Positions 38,101 to 50,797 of a stretch of 64,000 nucleotides of DNA are shown here, one piece after another. Under the pieces are notes generated by a model. That model had not been told where the DNA came from. It searched no databases and saw only the letters and a program-made list of their open reading frames with translations. The stretch spans positions 45,142,401 to 45,206,400 of the forward strand of contig CM120641.1 in NCBI GenBank assembly GCA_051362555.1. Reading direction: 5' to 3'. The position numbers were made by a program, and so were the translations under genes. Within the stretch, counting starts at the first letter, position 1. Every line of letters begins with the position of its first letter. The stretch is from Lingula anatina (taxonomy: Eukaryota; Animalia; Brachiopoda).

Positions 38101-41100
38101 TTACTGTGGAGAAGTGTGGAGAAAAAATAATATTGCTCTTAGAAAAACGCATTCTCTTATAGATTTTGGAGAGAAAAAAAGATTCACTGATTAATCTTTT
38201 TCCTGAAAGTTTTTTTTTCTTTGGGGGGGGGGGGGGGGGGGGGGGGCTATTAGATTCCTGTATTTGGTTCAGTGATTTCAATATATTTTGATGTTTATTT
38301 TGTTATATATCTGGCAATAATCACATGGTCAACCATTTCATTATGTGATAAATGAAACTGACTTTGTTGTGGTATATATACTAAATTATTTTTAAGGCAC
38401 TTCAGAGTACATCAGCCTTTGTCAAATATCAACCAAAAACTGTAGAGGTAAAAACTGTTACTGTTGATCAACCTCAAACAAAGTTACCAAGGTAAGTTAA
38501 GGAAACAAGACCTTCTGTATATTTCCTTAATAGATAGCTGCTTTTAAAATTGTGAAAGTATTTTGCAGTTGAAACTAACAGCATGAGAAAAAGAGAATGC
38601 ATGTTCAAAACTAAGTTTTGATAATTAATCATTTATTTATTGATATTGTTTTTTATCAGTTTATTTTTTCATTCATCTAACTTTATTAACATTATTGTAT
38701 ATTTAGCAATAGATTTTCATCAGTCTCATCTGGTCTTGTGGAGAGAGGAAGAGGTCCAAATGACAGAAATTCATTTGAAAATGGAGCATCCCAACCAATG
38801 GATGATATCCCAGCATTTGCTGATCCCATCAATTGTAAGTTATTTGAAAGTACATCGTAATGCATTTGGCAGACTGGTGTTTATTCTTCTCCATGACTCT
38901 GTTTACTCTTCCGCTTCACTTAACTGGCTGTTTCTTCAGTTCTGTTCTTTTACAATTACATTTTCTACTTTCTCTTTCTGTCTCTGTTTCTTTGTGTGCT
39001 AAGCCAAGGGAAATAATGACACTGTGACACTGCTGAAAAAGAGAATGTTGGATGAGCTGAGAGCAAGCTTTGACAGCATTGAAACAGATGCATTCTTAAG
39101 CTTTGATGACTTCAGCGATGGGGAAAATGAAATGAAAAAAGATGATGATACAACTATTCAAGCAGATGAGTCTGATGTATCTGACGAAACTGACACTGAA
39201 GGTATTCTTTTAGCCTCATATGGTATAAAGCCCCTGATCATTAACAGACTTTAAACTTATATATGATGCAAGCACACATGTAAACTGCTTCTACTAGATT
39301 CCTAAACGACTTAGGGCGTATTCCCAGACATTTAGATCGATCTATCCCCATGAGGAGTCTCACTGGATTACTGTCAGATAATCCGGCTTAAATGTCCGTC
39401 CCACCTACTACAAGCTGTAAGGGGGTAATTAACTTTCGTGCCCGCTCGGCTGACAGCTATTTAGCGTGAACCCCCAGGGAGTTAGTTCGATCTAGTTTGG
39501 ATTGATCTAATCTCTGGGAATGGGGTCTAAAACACAGTCCACATGCCGAAAGACAAACCAAACTAATCACTCTGTCAGCCAAAAAAATAGCTTCAAAACT
39601 GCACTTTTTTATATTTCTGGTTTTAAACTTGACTTATCTGTCCGCCACTTTATTAAAGTCTGCCAAATAACGTAGTAATGTATGATGCGTAACTACTGCA
39701 GGCAAAATAGCATCAATGAAGGTTGGCCAAAAGAACCAAGGGTATTTTATAGCACAGAAAGAAAGCAGAAAATATCTGTTCAAATATTGTTTTTGGGAAG
39801 TATGAGACAGATGGTACCCTTTAGTATATCTTTTATGCTATTTGAAATTATATGATGGCATTTGGTCAGGTTTAGTGGAAAAGATTTGACTTCATATGTA
39901 AGTTAAAATTTTTTTAAATATAATTCAGGCAATTGGTATATTAAGAATTGGAGTTTGCTTTATTCTCATTGCCACACTTTTAAATGCTCTGTGGTTAAAA
40001 AGAAATAATGTTTCAAATGTCTTTCTTTATCTTGTAGATAAAAGAGTATATGTATCTGGGAATGGTGATGATATCCTCTTCATACCGTCAAGAACAGGAC
40101 CCACAGTAGTGAATGGAGACTATTCAGGAACAGACACTGACAGTGAATTGAGGTCTTTTGATAATAATGAGGTTTGTTATTTGTCATAGATTTTGTTTTG
40201 TCTTTGTAAAAGTAAAGAGTGACCCTAAGATTCTGAGAAGTTATTGACATTTTTGAGTCTAACACAACTATGGGATATATGATATTATTGGTATCATGAA
40301 AGTATAATATGCAACTGCAGTGTTTCCAGTTCTCACATGAAAGACAGTGTACACTGTACGTTGTACATGAAATAAAATGAAGTTTTTAAATTTAACACAT
40401 TTTTTCTTCAGTAGTCCTGTTAAAAGCTGATTTGTTTTGTTTCGTTTTTTTCAGCCACATGAATATTATTTTGATGATGACCTCAATTCAAATGCTGCTG
40501 AAGACACACAGTGGGGTTTGCAAGGTGATCTGCAGGGGGCACGAACTTCAAGTTTCCAACCACGTAAACCCTATAATATAGGCTTACAAAAAATGCCAAC
40601 TACAAGTGGAAAGATACCGTCAAACTCCTATGCTGCAAGTAGAGATGCTCAAACATATCCAAAAGTCTCTCCGGATAAAGGGCATGGAGGTAATATATAA
40701 AATGAACAGTCTTTTCTTTCATTTTTTTCTAAGGAAATGTATATGTCTTTCACGTGTGCTGGTATTCTTATTTATGCATAGGGAAATTAGTCTTTTGCTA
40801 TTGAAATGAAGTTTTTTTTTTTTTATTTTTTGCTTTCCAGAAGCAAGATCAACAGAAAGAATGGAAAAAGTAGTCACAATGACAAGGGATATGAGAATTG
40901 TGGCTCCAAAGGTATTACTTTTGATAAACATTTCTTTCATATTATTATTTTGAATTATAAATTGTTATTTTTTTTAAATTCAATTAACACATCATAGATG
41001 AAAAAAGCAAAACAAAACAAAACCATGCTATTGAAGTGAATCAATATTTCATTGTGATTTCAATGATTTGAAATGAATTTAAAATGGATATTTTGTTAAT

Positions 41101-41381
41101 TTCTCAAATTGCTGTTAATTATATATTTTATTTGTTATTACTGTACATGTTATTATTACTATAATTATAATAATACTTAATCAATTTAGAATCCAGAAGA
41201 GGAACCTGAAACAGAAGCTGATTATATGACCACAGTGAAAGTGGACTCCAGTCCTAATGATGGTGGCACTCACGTGATCACACATCTGAGAACCAATGTC
41301 AAGACAGGAGAAACTGTCGTTCTCAGTGAAAGAACATTCAAGGCAAGCAAAGCAAAGACACATGTTCTCTTTGATGCATAG
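23190..41381 (+). CDS. TEX14: TEX14-like ankyrin-repeat inactive Ser/Thr kinase, 26 coding exons
   Basis: Phase-consistent exons: 23190-23209, 23675-23808, 24022-24136, 25001-25267, 26214-26325, 26917-27044, 27986-28090, 29710-29833, 31505-31674, 31998-32158, 33077-33300, 33749-33906, 34271-34327, 34744-34983, 35299-35448, 35813-35959, 36460-36578, 37231-37357, 37746-38067, 38397-38491, 38707-38834, 39004-39201, 40038-40171, 40455-40689, 40841-40911, 41190-41381 (TAG). Ankyrin repeats (QTPLFCA, TPVHLA, KLLSAGGDLRLHD), SLGFGK, GAFMVME, VTVKRL, DLLINE, LRHPNILLLMG, LHCSLTSHA, LGNFDYMVE, YNWMAPE and SDMYSF follow the order of recalled human TEX14. Exons of the disordered C-terminus are less certain. 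Confidence 0.88.
36592..36842. mobile_element. Harbinger-like palindromic MITE in a TEX14 intron
   Basis: GGGACCATTCCCAGAC...GTATGGGAACCCAGTC flanked by TAA and TTA. Long internal inverted repeat (CTCACTAAATTGC...GAAGCTGCTA / TAGCAGCTTC...GCAATTTAGTGAG). Confidence 0.7.
39314..39527. mobile_element. Harbinger-like MITE, copy of the 12948 element
   Basis: Colinear with 12948-13158 (GAGGAGTCTCACT.GATTACTGTCAG...GCTGTAAGGGGGTAATTAACT...TTTAGCGTGAACCCCCAGGG); TTA and TAA flanks. Confidence 0.8.
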
Positions 41382-44300
41382 GCTTTATAGTCATCCTGTC
41401 ATAACTAGCTTATGTGCAGATTGTAGGACTTTGCTCAAATTTTACTGTTCAGATACTTTGCTCACAATTGATGATTCAGCAAAGTCTGTAATTTGTTGCA
41501 GAGGGGTGTCTGGTATTGTTATATATCTCATTACTCAGGAAAATTATGAAAAATATATGGAATGGTTCTTACAAAGATAGCTATGACCCCTGGCATGAAA
41601 TGAGAAACTGATGATGAATGAATCATAAATACATGCATTTAGTCTATAGATTTTTCTTGGGGCAATACACAAAGAGTATCGGGTTATATCCACAAATATT
41701 AGTGGTTGACTTTTCACTGTAATGCCAGAATCATAATAACTCAGCAATAATAGTTAAGTAATGCCTCTTAGTCACTCTTGGTAATATTTATTATAAACAT
41801 AAAAGTCTGGTTTGGAGGACCCAGATGGATTAAAGCCAAGGAAGTTGCCTTGTAATTCAATTTTTTCATCGAGTAAAAGTTTTAATGTGTTAAGTGTATA
41901 AGCATGTTTTAGCCATGTTACAATGATTGAACTCCTGAAAACACCTTATTTTTAATATAATAATTGTTATTTGTCCTGGGAGGCACAGGGACAAGTATTT
42001 GATGTAATTAATTCTCTGGAATAGACTTGATGTCAGATCTATTTAAGATATTTGGTAAACAGGAATATGCTTTTCCGTTATTGATTTTAAACAAGTGCAA
42101 TTTGTTTGCACATGTACAGTGAACGTAGAAGTTTTAACCTTTGACTAACTTCCCCCAACAATATTTGTTGTTTCACTGTTTCACTTTAAAAAAAAAAATT
42201 CTAACACATTCTGCTTGCAGAAATATTTGATAATCCATTGCATGGCATTTTAAAAGTCAAATGCTATCATGGGTCGTTTATACTGACATGTGCTCTTTTC
42301 CTATTCAGTTTTAACAATGTAAGTTTTCTCATCCCAGTAAATGCATATGCGACATTTTATAGAAAATATTGGACCGTTATATAAGATTTTACATGTCTGC
42401 ATAAACAAGTAAAAACTCATAGTTCTTTCACAGTGCATTTTCTTCAGTTCTTTTTTTCACAGATGAATTCTAATATATAAATTGTATAGACTAGGTACTA
42501 AAAACATCAGTACATCATGTAGTGAAATAGCTCACACAGTTTAATCCCAAGAGCACAACTGCAGGTGGTTGCAACCAGTACAGTCAGTATAAGTAGTTGA
42601 ACTGTTCATTCATTCATCTTTAAATAACTTAGTAACAAATATTTTTTCCCCCGTATATTCTATAAAATTAATGAATTAAGCCTTGCATCAATCCCTTTCA
42701 TTTATGTTATTATGTGTACTGTGTATTATGTGTAGTCCAATACCCATTATCTTTCATGTAGTTAGTCATTCGAAATTAAGTGTCCAACACTTTTATTTAG
42801 CAGTAAATAACATTTTCACCATAATGTATTATAGTTAGATAGGTACTGGGTCTCAATTAACAATTCAAAACAAATTATAATTGCAAAAATGTGTTGTCAT
42901 TGGTAAATTGAGTAGGTAGCGACTTTTAATTTTCTTTGCTACCTATATATAACTCTTTATTTCTATGCCATAGAAATGCTGTTCATGTTTTTACTTTTAA
43001 AAGTTACTGTTGTTAAATGTTCCTGTATATATGAATATATTTGTTGCCAAATAAATATTTTTCTTTCTTCCATTTCTGTGCATTTAAGTGTTTTATCCCG
43101 TTTTCTAGCAATTTGAATAAAACCCAAAAAGCCCAAAGTCCTCTTCAGACTGGGTTTCTTCAGACAGAATTTTAGTAAAAGGAACACGAAATATTTCCAA
43201 GTTTACGAAATTACTGAAAGTTTGCCTTTATTATCACCTTGCCTCTGCAAATGGGCATACTCCTAATATGGGGCAGTTTCCAGGAATCTCTTCAATTTGG
43301 ATTGCTGTATACTTCACTTTGCACTCACTTCAGTTAGACCATCCTTTTTTGAAAAACCCTATTCAATGGAGATTATAGATTTTAAAATACGATTTCCCTC
43401 TCAAATAGAGATCACAAGAATAAAGATGATAAAAATCAACCGTTTTAACATTAAATATTTTATTGTAGTTAAATAATCTATAAAAGGCTAACAATTATTT
43501 ATAAGTAATAATTAGCAGTGGTCCCTCTCTGTAATACTACACTGATTGCACTTCGTTGTCAGTAGCACCTGTTGGTCTATTTGTTTCAGCAATGAGACAG
43601 CACATTATGAATATATTTTCAATATCTTGATTAAAGATTATAGTAATGACAATCACAACCCACAATATGCACAGTTAAAACATTGTAGAATTAGCATCTT
43701 CAATACCATATATATATCATGTACCCTACCAAAATTTAAACTAACTCAGATTATTCTGCAGTGCCTTTTCATACATAAAACTGGTAAATGTCTCCCTCTC
43801 CCTGAATTTAAAATGGAACAGAAAATGCAAAAATTATTTGCCAAAATAATTTGGTAAAAATCAATAAATATATGTGACCTTTGAATTGTAAAAGTTATCA
43901 TTTACACATTTGTTTTTACACACCTTGGGCACCAAAATTAATTGTAGAATGAATTAACTGAGGTACAGTAATAATAAGAGTAAAGACATTAATTGAAATG
44001 ACCAGATCTGATACATACCCTTTATTCCATGCTGGAAGTCTGTCTTGGGTGCCTAAACTAATGCTTTTTACTAAATAGCATTCTGGAAAAAGATTATAAA
44101 TGAATAAGACTAGTTATAATAATATCATCAGATTAAATATTCTTGATAATTCAGTGGTCATATATGTTGTACTTTCAACATGTAAAGTCTTATCCAAAAA
44201 TCTGAATAACTCTCCACCTTATCAAAAATAACATTTAGCCGTGTGTTAAAAATGGCTTAATCCATGGTATGGCTTTTGAAACATGAAGCAATGCCAATGA

Positions 44301-44521
44301 CACTATCAGCAGTTAATGCCCCACAAGCCTTCTTGATACTCATGGAAAGTATATGGCATTATAAAAACCCTTACTAAAAACCTTGAAATCAGCTGTATGG
44401 CTGTGCAGTGAATATCAAATTCCTCAAGAGGAACAGAATATCCTGAAGTATGCCAGAATAACTTCATGCCCAATAATGTACACATTTGAACCAAATATGT
44501 ATGTGACTAGATATAATGATC

Positions 44522-47500
44522 TTATGAACGATGACAGCAAGAAGAACGAGGTTTGTCTTTTTTCTTGAGTTTGATTTTTTTGCTACGTGATGACGTTTGA
44601 TCATATTCAGAAGAACTTGATGTCAATCGTGAAATTCTTTGTTTTGATCCTTTCTTCTCTTTGCGATCCACTGGATTCAAGTAGCTTGTCATCTGAAGAA
44701 AATAAAAACAAAACGGATGAGTAAAGAACGAGTTATACACAAATTGGCATCTACCTGCACAAAAAATATAAGTCAGAATACCACTAAGCAAGTGAATAAC
44801 AATTTTATGCTCATATTCACCAAAATTAAATCATCAAGAAAACTTTACTTACAAATCTTTTTAACTATTTTAAGTATATGCTTACTAATTTAGGATTATA
44901 GGTGTCCAACAAGGCATGTGCTAGTTCGTAGAAGGCCTCTTGTATGTTTATGTTATTTTTGGCACTTGTCTCCATAAATCCTCTGACCAAAGTTTCTTGG
45001 GCTTTCTAGAATTAAAAAAATTAATAATAATAATAATAATTATCATGCAACACCTTAGCAAAACACCAAAAAATGGTTATTTTGAATGATTTTAATTGTT
45101 CAAACAAAAGCAATGTAATAATTCTACCAATTTAAAAAAAAAATATCATAATCCTTTTAAGATCTTACTCATGAACACAAGTGCTTGTAGAAAGAAAATA
45201 CATATGCCTTTATAATCACTGTCATTATCTTTATTTATTTAATGTTGGACCACACCAGTGCATTTTGCAATGTCCATGGCCCAACAAGCATAACATTCAT
45301 AATAAAAAAGAAGCATACAGTTTTACCTTTTTTCCATCTTTTTTACTAATTTGTCTTTGCTGTTCTAAATCACATTTATTACCAATAATGTACACTGGAA
45401 TGGACTCAGTGGGATGATCTGGTCTTATCTCCTAAAACACAATACCACATAAATGTCACATATTAACATATATTATCCAATGAATACAAAGCATACAATA
45501 TTAATCACTAAATAGTTCCTACAGCTGGGTTTACATATTCTGGCATCACTAATTTAAGCCAAATGCTTAACAGCATAATTTTGTTGAAGAAAATGTTACA
45601 TATTTCACTCTCTGTAGTAAAATTTATCATTGCTTCAGTTTTATTTTGATTAGGCTATGGTTATCCAGCTATTCTGCAAAGAAAAAAAAACTTGGCTGGG
45701 TTCCCATACCTAGATTGATCTTACAGGATCGATCCATCTCCGAGGTGTTTCTCACTAAATTGCTTTCAGCTTAAGCAGCTTAGATGTCTGGCATGCCTAT
45801 TGAAGCTGCTGACCCCTCAGAGATAAATCGATCCACAGTTAGTATGATAGGGTCTGGGAATGGTCCCACTGAGGTCATTGAGCCAGCCCACAATTATAAC
45901 CCTTAATGTCTTTCACTATTTACACCAAGAAGACATATATCACCATAGTCTCCCCTTAAAGCCACTAGCAACACTTGCTGACCACATCAACTAAGCTATT
46001 AACGGTGTTCAGAAATACGCTTGGAGGCTACTTTTTCAAAGTTTCTCTAGTGAGTATTTTTGTGTGAACACATTTGAATGAGGGTGGGGTGAGGGGGGGG
46101 GGGAGCTAAAGGTAGGACTTACCTCATCTATACTTTGCAACCAATAAGTTAAATTGTTAAAGCTGCTGACATCAGTGACATCATATACTAACAAGATACC
46201 CTGAAAATTTATATCCGAATGATATCATTCAAAAAAAAAAAAATTTATTTAATTGCAAAATTCTTGCATTTTTTCTTTACTTATTTTCCTTAATCATGAT
46301 TAAACTTGAGAAATATGACCATCAAATTAAATTATTGTTAATAATTAATTTTTTTTAATTTTCAAAAGTACTGCTTAATTCTGTGACAATTTTACCTTTG
46401 TTCCCCTATACTGAAACTTAGTGATAGTTCTGAATCTTTCCTGGCCTGCAGTGTCCCTAAAGTGAACAAACGGGTTATTTTTTAATTACTTATTGAAGTG
46501 TCCAAAATTCACCAAAGAATGCCATGCAGGCTTGGATAAAATGCATTGTAAACATTTAAATATATGGAAACTTTAAGGAGTATTTAGACTAAAGAACTTT
46601 TGTAGACTGATTAGTCTATAGAATTATAATTGCTGAAACTGTAGAGTAATACCGCTAGTGGTACTGTGCATAAATTAGTAGAATTAATTGGTAATGCTTA
46701 TACATAAATCTATATATTTTTTTGCTATTCTCTGTGCCATGAGCATGGGTGAGGGGAAATAAACAGATTAAATTTAATTAAAATTATATCATATCAACTA
46801 TATGTGATAATCCTGTTCTGTTGTATCATCACTTGAAGATCAACTTAGTACTTCATTCTGATCTTAAAGACAACAAGCAAGTCACTTAACTAAGTAAGAA
46901 ACTCACCATATTTCTAATTGAACATTAGCACCATCTACATGGAAAATTTTCTTCACAAAATCAATCCCTGAAATTATTTTTTAGAATATTAAACTGGTTA
47001 GTCAGTTTTTTCTAAAATGTCTATGCTATTGTAGAAAAATAAAAATGCCCTTTGTTTTTCTTATAAAAAAATGCAAAATCACCAACATTAAAGTTCAAAA
47101 TGTACAGCCCTATTGTTAAACAAGTATATAACAAAGCAATGGGTATTGTTAATAAAATGCTTAGAATATGCGAAAATGCCTAGAGTCAGCAATCCGATAA
47201 AGGTTTACAAAAAAAGCTGGTGAAAACTTATGACAGTGTATATGCAGAGGCCTCCATTAAGAACTAACAGGCACACCCATTGATAAAGAATTCTGAGGTC
47301 AACCTAAGCAAACATCATTATCTCAACAGCTTTCAAGTGTTCGAAATTCATGTCATATTGTGCAGCAAATTTTAAAAAGAAAGCTATTAGGATTCAGTAA
47401 TATATAACAAAAATAATTTTAAATGAACATGGAATTTCTTTTAAAAAAAAGAACTTCAACAGACCATGTAAAGAATTTTTACAATGTCACACAGGCATAC

Positions 47501-48512
47501 CATTGCTTCATAAATTTTACGAAGTATATGCAACATGAGGTATTGCAATTATCTTACCAATAGTGGGCAGCATTTCCATACTGAACTCTTCTTGGGTCAA
47601 AGCACGAATTAAAGCGGTTTTGCCAACTCCAGAATTTCCTGAAATAGATTGTATTCAAGTTGTAACATTTTCTTGAGATTGGCACCAATACTGTAGGGTT
47701 GTTTTTGATGACCTGATTGTTCAAAAAGTGAAGCCTTTCTTTTAAATGACAATATCTGCAAACACAAGAATTGTTTGTCAAAGCATGCATTTATTTTAAA
47801 TGGCCAATAGCTATTGTTGACAGGGGTCACAGCCCAAAAAATAATGATTTTAAACACAAAGTTTCTTAAGGAAGATTCTTGCATGTCTGACATTTATGCC
47901 CTTCATGAAATTCTACCTGATAAAGATTGCTCAGGGATATGCATACTGCATTATCAAAGTATCTGGCTTGAATTACTGACTGCTCAACTGTCATTTTCAC
48001 TTTCTATGCTTTTTTCCCTCCAAATGTTTAAATGCAAAGCATTTTTACATGTTTATCCAAATTCTGTTCATATACTGGGTAATCTGACTTGTGTTCAAAG
48101 TCTGACAACCCTGGCTATAAGTCTAGGGACCATTTCAATTTTTTCTTATTATCACTTCAATAAAACTAAGAATCGTTCAATTTTAATCTATCAACCAGCA
48201 TGCTTCAAAAAAGGTATCACTGACTATTGCCTATACTGGATGAAAAATAAACTGAAATGTTCCAAAACAATCTGGATGCTAATTTCTATATTATATAACA
48301 TGCTATTTGAATTACCATCCAAATGCAACTTCACAACTGGAAAATTCCAGTAAATCAGTTTCAATACTCAAACTGAATAGGGAATACCAAACACCGCAAG
48401 GCAATTATTTGCCAACTGAGGGCTCAGAATATGTTACATTATTGAAATGGTATTGCTTTGACTCACCTATGAGAAGAACTTTGTATTTCACATCAAACTC
48501 TTTGCCTGCCAT
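44522..48512 (-). CDS. Rab GTPase, divergent Rab8/10/13/15-like, 8 coding exons
   Basis: Exons 48512-48467, 47638-47558, 46967-46907, 46456-46396, 46200-46123, 45431-45327, 45005-44886, 44692-44522. Motifs GNSGVGKT, PTIGIDF, WDTAGQERFRTIT, LVYDVT, GNKCD and ETSAK; polybasic tail ending CCHRS. Confidence 0.93.
45694..45867. mobile_element. Harbinger-like MITE (inverted, internally deleted copy of the 36592 element) in a Rab intron
   Basis: GCTGGGTTCCCATACCTAGA...GGGTCTGGGAATGGTCCC closely matches the reverse complement of the 36592-36842 termini. Confidence 0.7.
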
Positions 48513-49396
48513 ATTGTCCGTTTAATTTCAATGCCTTTCACCTCATTCTCTGAAACTAAACAACATGTGCATATACATATTTGTCCAGATTCTTTAAAAC
48601 CATCATATGTGCAAATTATGTTTCATCCCATTTAACAGACAACCCAACTACCTCAAACATTTCACATCTATATTTTTTGGCAATTTAAATCTTCCAATCG
48701 TATTTATTCAAACAGCTTCTACTGTATTAATGCCCTAAAGGATTGCCATACCCTATTTAGGTCTATATATAATTGCCTATTCTTATAAAAAAAATAAAAG
48801 GGTAGGACAGTATTAAGAAGTATCTAGAAATATAGAAAAAATGCAGTATTCTTAAACAGCCTTGAAAACCAATCTGGTGTTTGCATTAACAGTATGATAT
48901 GGTAGCCTAGTAGTAGTAGGTCAATGCTGGCAAACTGATGAATACACCCTAAAAACACTTTTTTCCCAATCTCATGAACTATGGTGATTTTTAATATATT
49001 TGCATGCAAAGACCTCTCTATAAACAGCTTGTAACTTTTCCACTTCAGGACTAAGTGCTGCCTCCAGATAAAAAAGATCTGCTTGTCACTAAGGTCTTCC
49101 CTTGAGCATCCTGAAACCCAGCATTTTATAAAATTTAATATGTTGAGGACAATAGGTTGCATGTGACTCAGACAAGTCACTTATGAAATGCCAAGAGGAA
49201 ACTAGCACATACATGTAGTTTGAGATCTGGTTTAAAGTTTTCTTTGCAGCTGTCTCTTTCTCTCTCTCTCTCTTTCTCTTTCTCTCCTCTTCTCTCTCCC
49301 CCACCCCACCCCACCCTGGCACCCACCTGACTCATTGTGATCAATATGTATGAGAGACTGAATATTCTGATTTATCTGGTAGTGGGATATCACAAA

Positions 49397-49427
<31 letters not shown>

Positions 49428-50689
49428 GATAAATCTAGCACTGGACCTACTGTATGCTACATAGTGATCCATAGCATTCCTATAAGTTAACAGTGTGTGT
49501 GTATGTGTGTGTGTATGTGTGTGTGTGTGTGCAGGTGCATGCACACATGAGCATTTGTGTACGCATGTGTTCGGATTTGAAAGATCCATATTAAGATTTT
49601 TTTTGAATGGCCCTCAGTTTCTCTCCTTACTGCTCTATTTTCGCTCTTACTTTTTTCCTTGATGAGTCACACACTGCCCTAATCCCAAAAGTTTTCGGCA
49701 TTTAGTGACTTAGATTAGGTTTTTCGAGATAAAAAAATCCATTTATCATTACAATATCTCTTGCTTAATTGACTCTGCAAGATCCTCCCATAAATCAATC
49801 CTGATATCAATAGCACATTTTTAAGTATGTGTATTTTTCTCCTTATCATAATAGCTTACAATCTGTCTCTGTAAATATGCAACATGAGGACTAATTGAAG
49901 TACCAGTATTGTGCTATAGAGTCATATAGACGTACAGTACATGTACTAAATTATTACTAGTAATTTTTTGTAAACTTTCTACTATCACTGCTGCAAGTTT
50001 CTTAATATTTGCTACCCATCAGGTACAGTACATGTGCCAGAACTGGTACAATAATACTTCCTCATTATAAACAAACAAGAAAAAGCTAACTAAACAAAAT
50101 CCAATAACTCCATTTTTAACCTCTTCTGATATAAATCTGATAAATGTACCAGTGCATGTTTTCTTGAACTTTAATTATGCTCTGTTTATGATTCAATTCA
50201 GGTACCAGTATGCTTAGCCAAAGCTACAACCATTGCACGGTAACGAAAGAATACAAAAGATACAATTATCACAATGCCAGTATTGTAATCGTGCTATCAA
50301 TATTACGATCACATTTTAACTTGAATTTCAATCATACGCGAGTTTGAAAAGCGATAGTAAACAAACAACACGAAATAAATATCGCAATGACGTTAATCGG
50401 CAAAATATTCAGTGCATTACATCTGCATGGGTCATTCACTTAGAGAAAAAATTATTTACCTTCCCCACTCCACAGCCTCTGCACAGGCGCTTGCATGCAA
50501 ATCACAGCCAATGTAAAACCCACCTGACACCAGGAAATAAACAATGGTGATACGGAGTAAATGGGCAATTTGCCGGAGAGAAGTATAAAAAATATTTATA
50601 TAAATCCATAGCCATAGACTCATAAATTCTATACCTTTCTTGATGTATAATGTTAGAACTAATTGGAAATACAAAAAGAATCATTGTTT

Positions 50690-50797
50690 TTAGTTTGAGA
50701 TATTTTTAGTGCGGAAACAAGTAGCAGGCACTTCCGGAACACGCGGTCACACCACGGAGACTGGGGTGTAAAGTTTGCCCATCGAAGCTCGTCCAAA
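50690..50797. promoter_or_regulatory. Candidate bidirectional promoter between the Rab gene and GPATCH4
   Basis: CpG-rich, with GCGGAAAC and palindromic ETS-like CACTTCCGGAA (~50729). A minus-strand donor AG|GTAAAT at ~50459 and an acceptor at ~48550 suggest a non-coding first Rab exon next to it. Confidence 0.5.
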
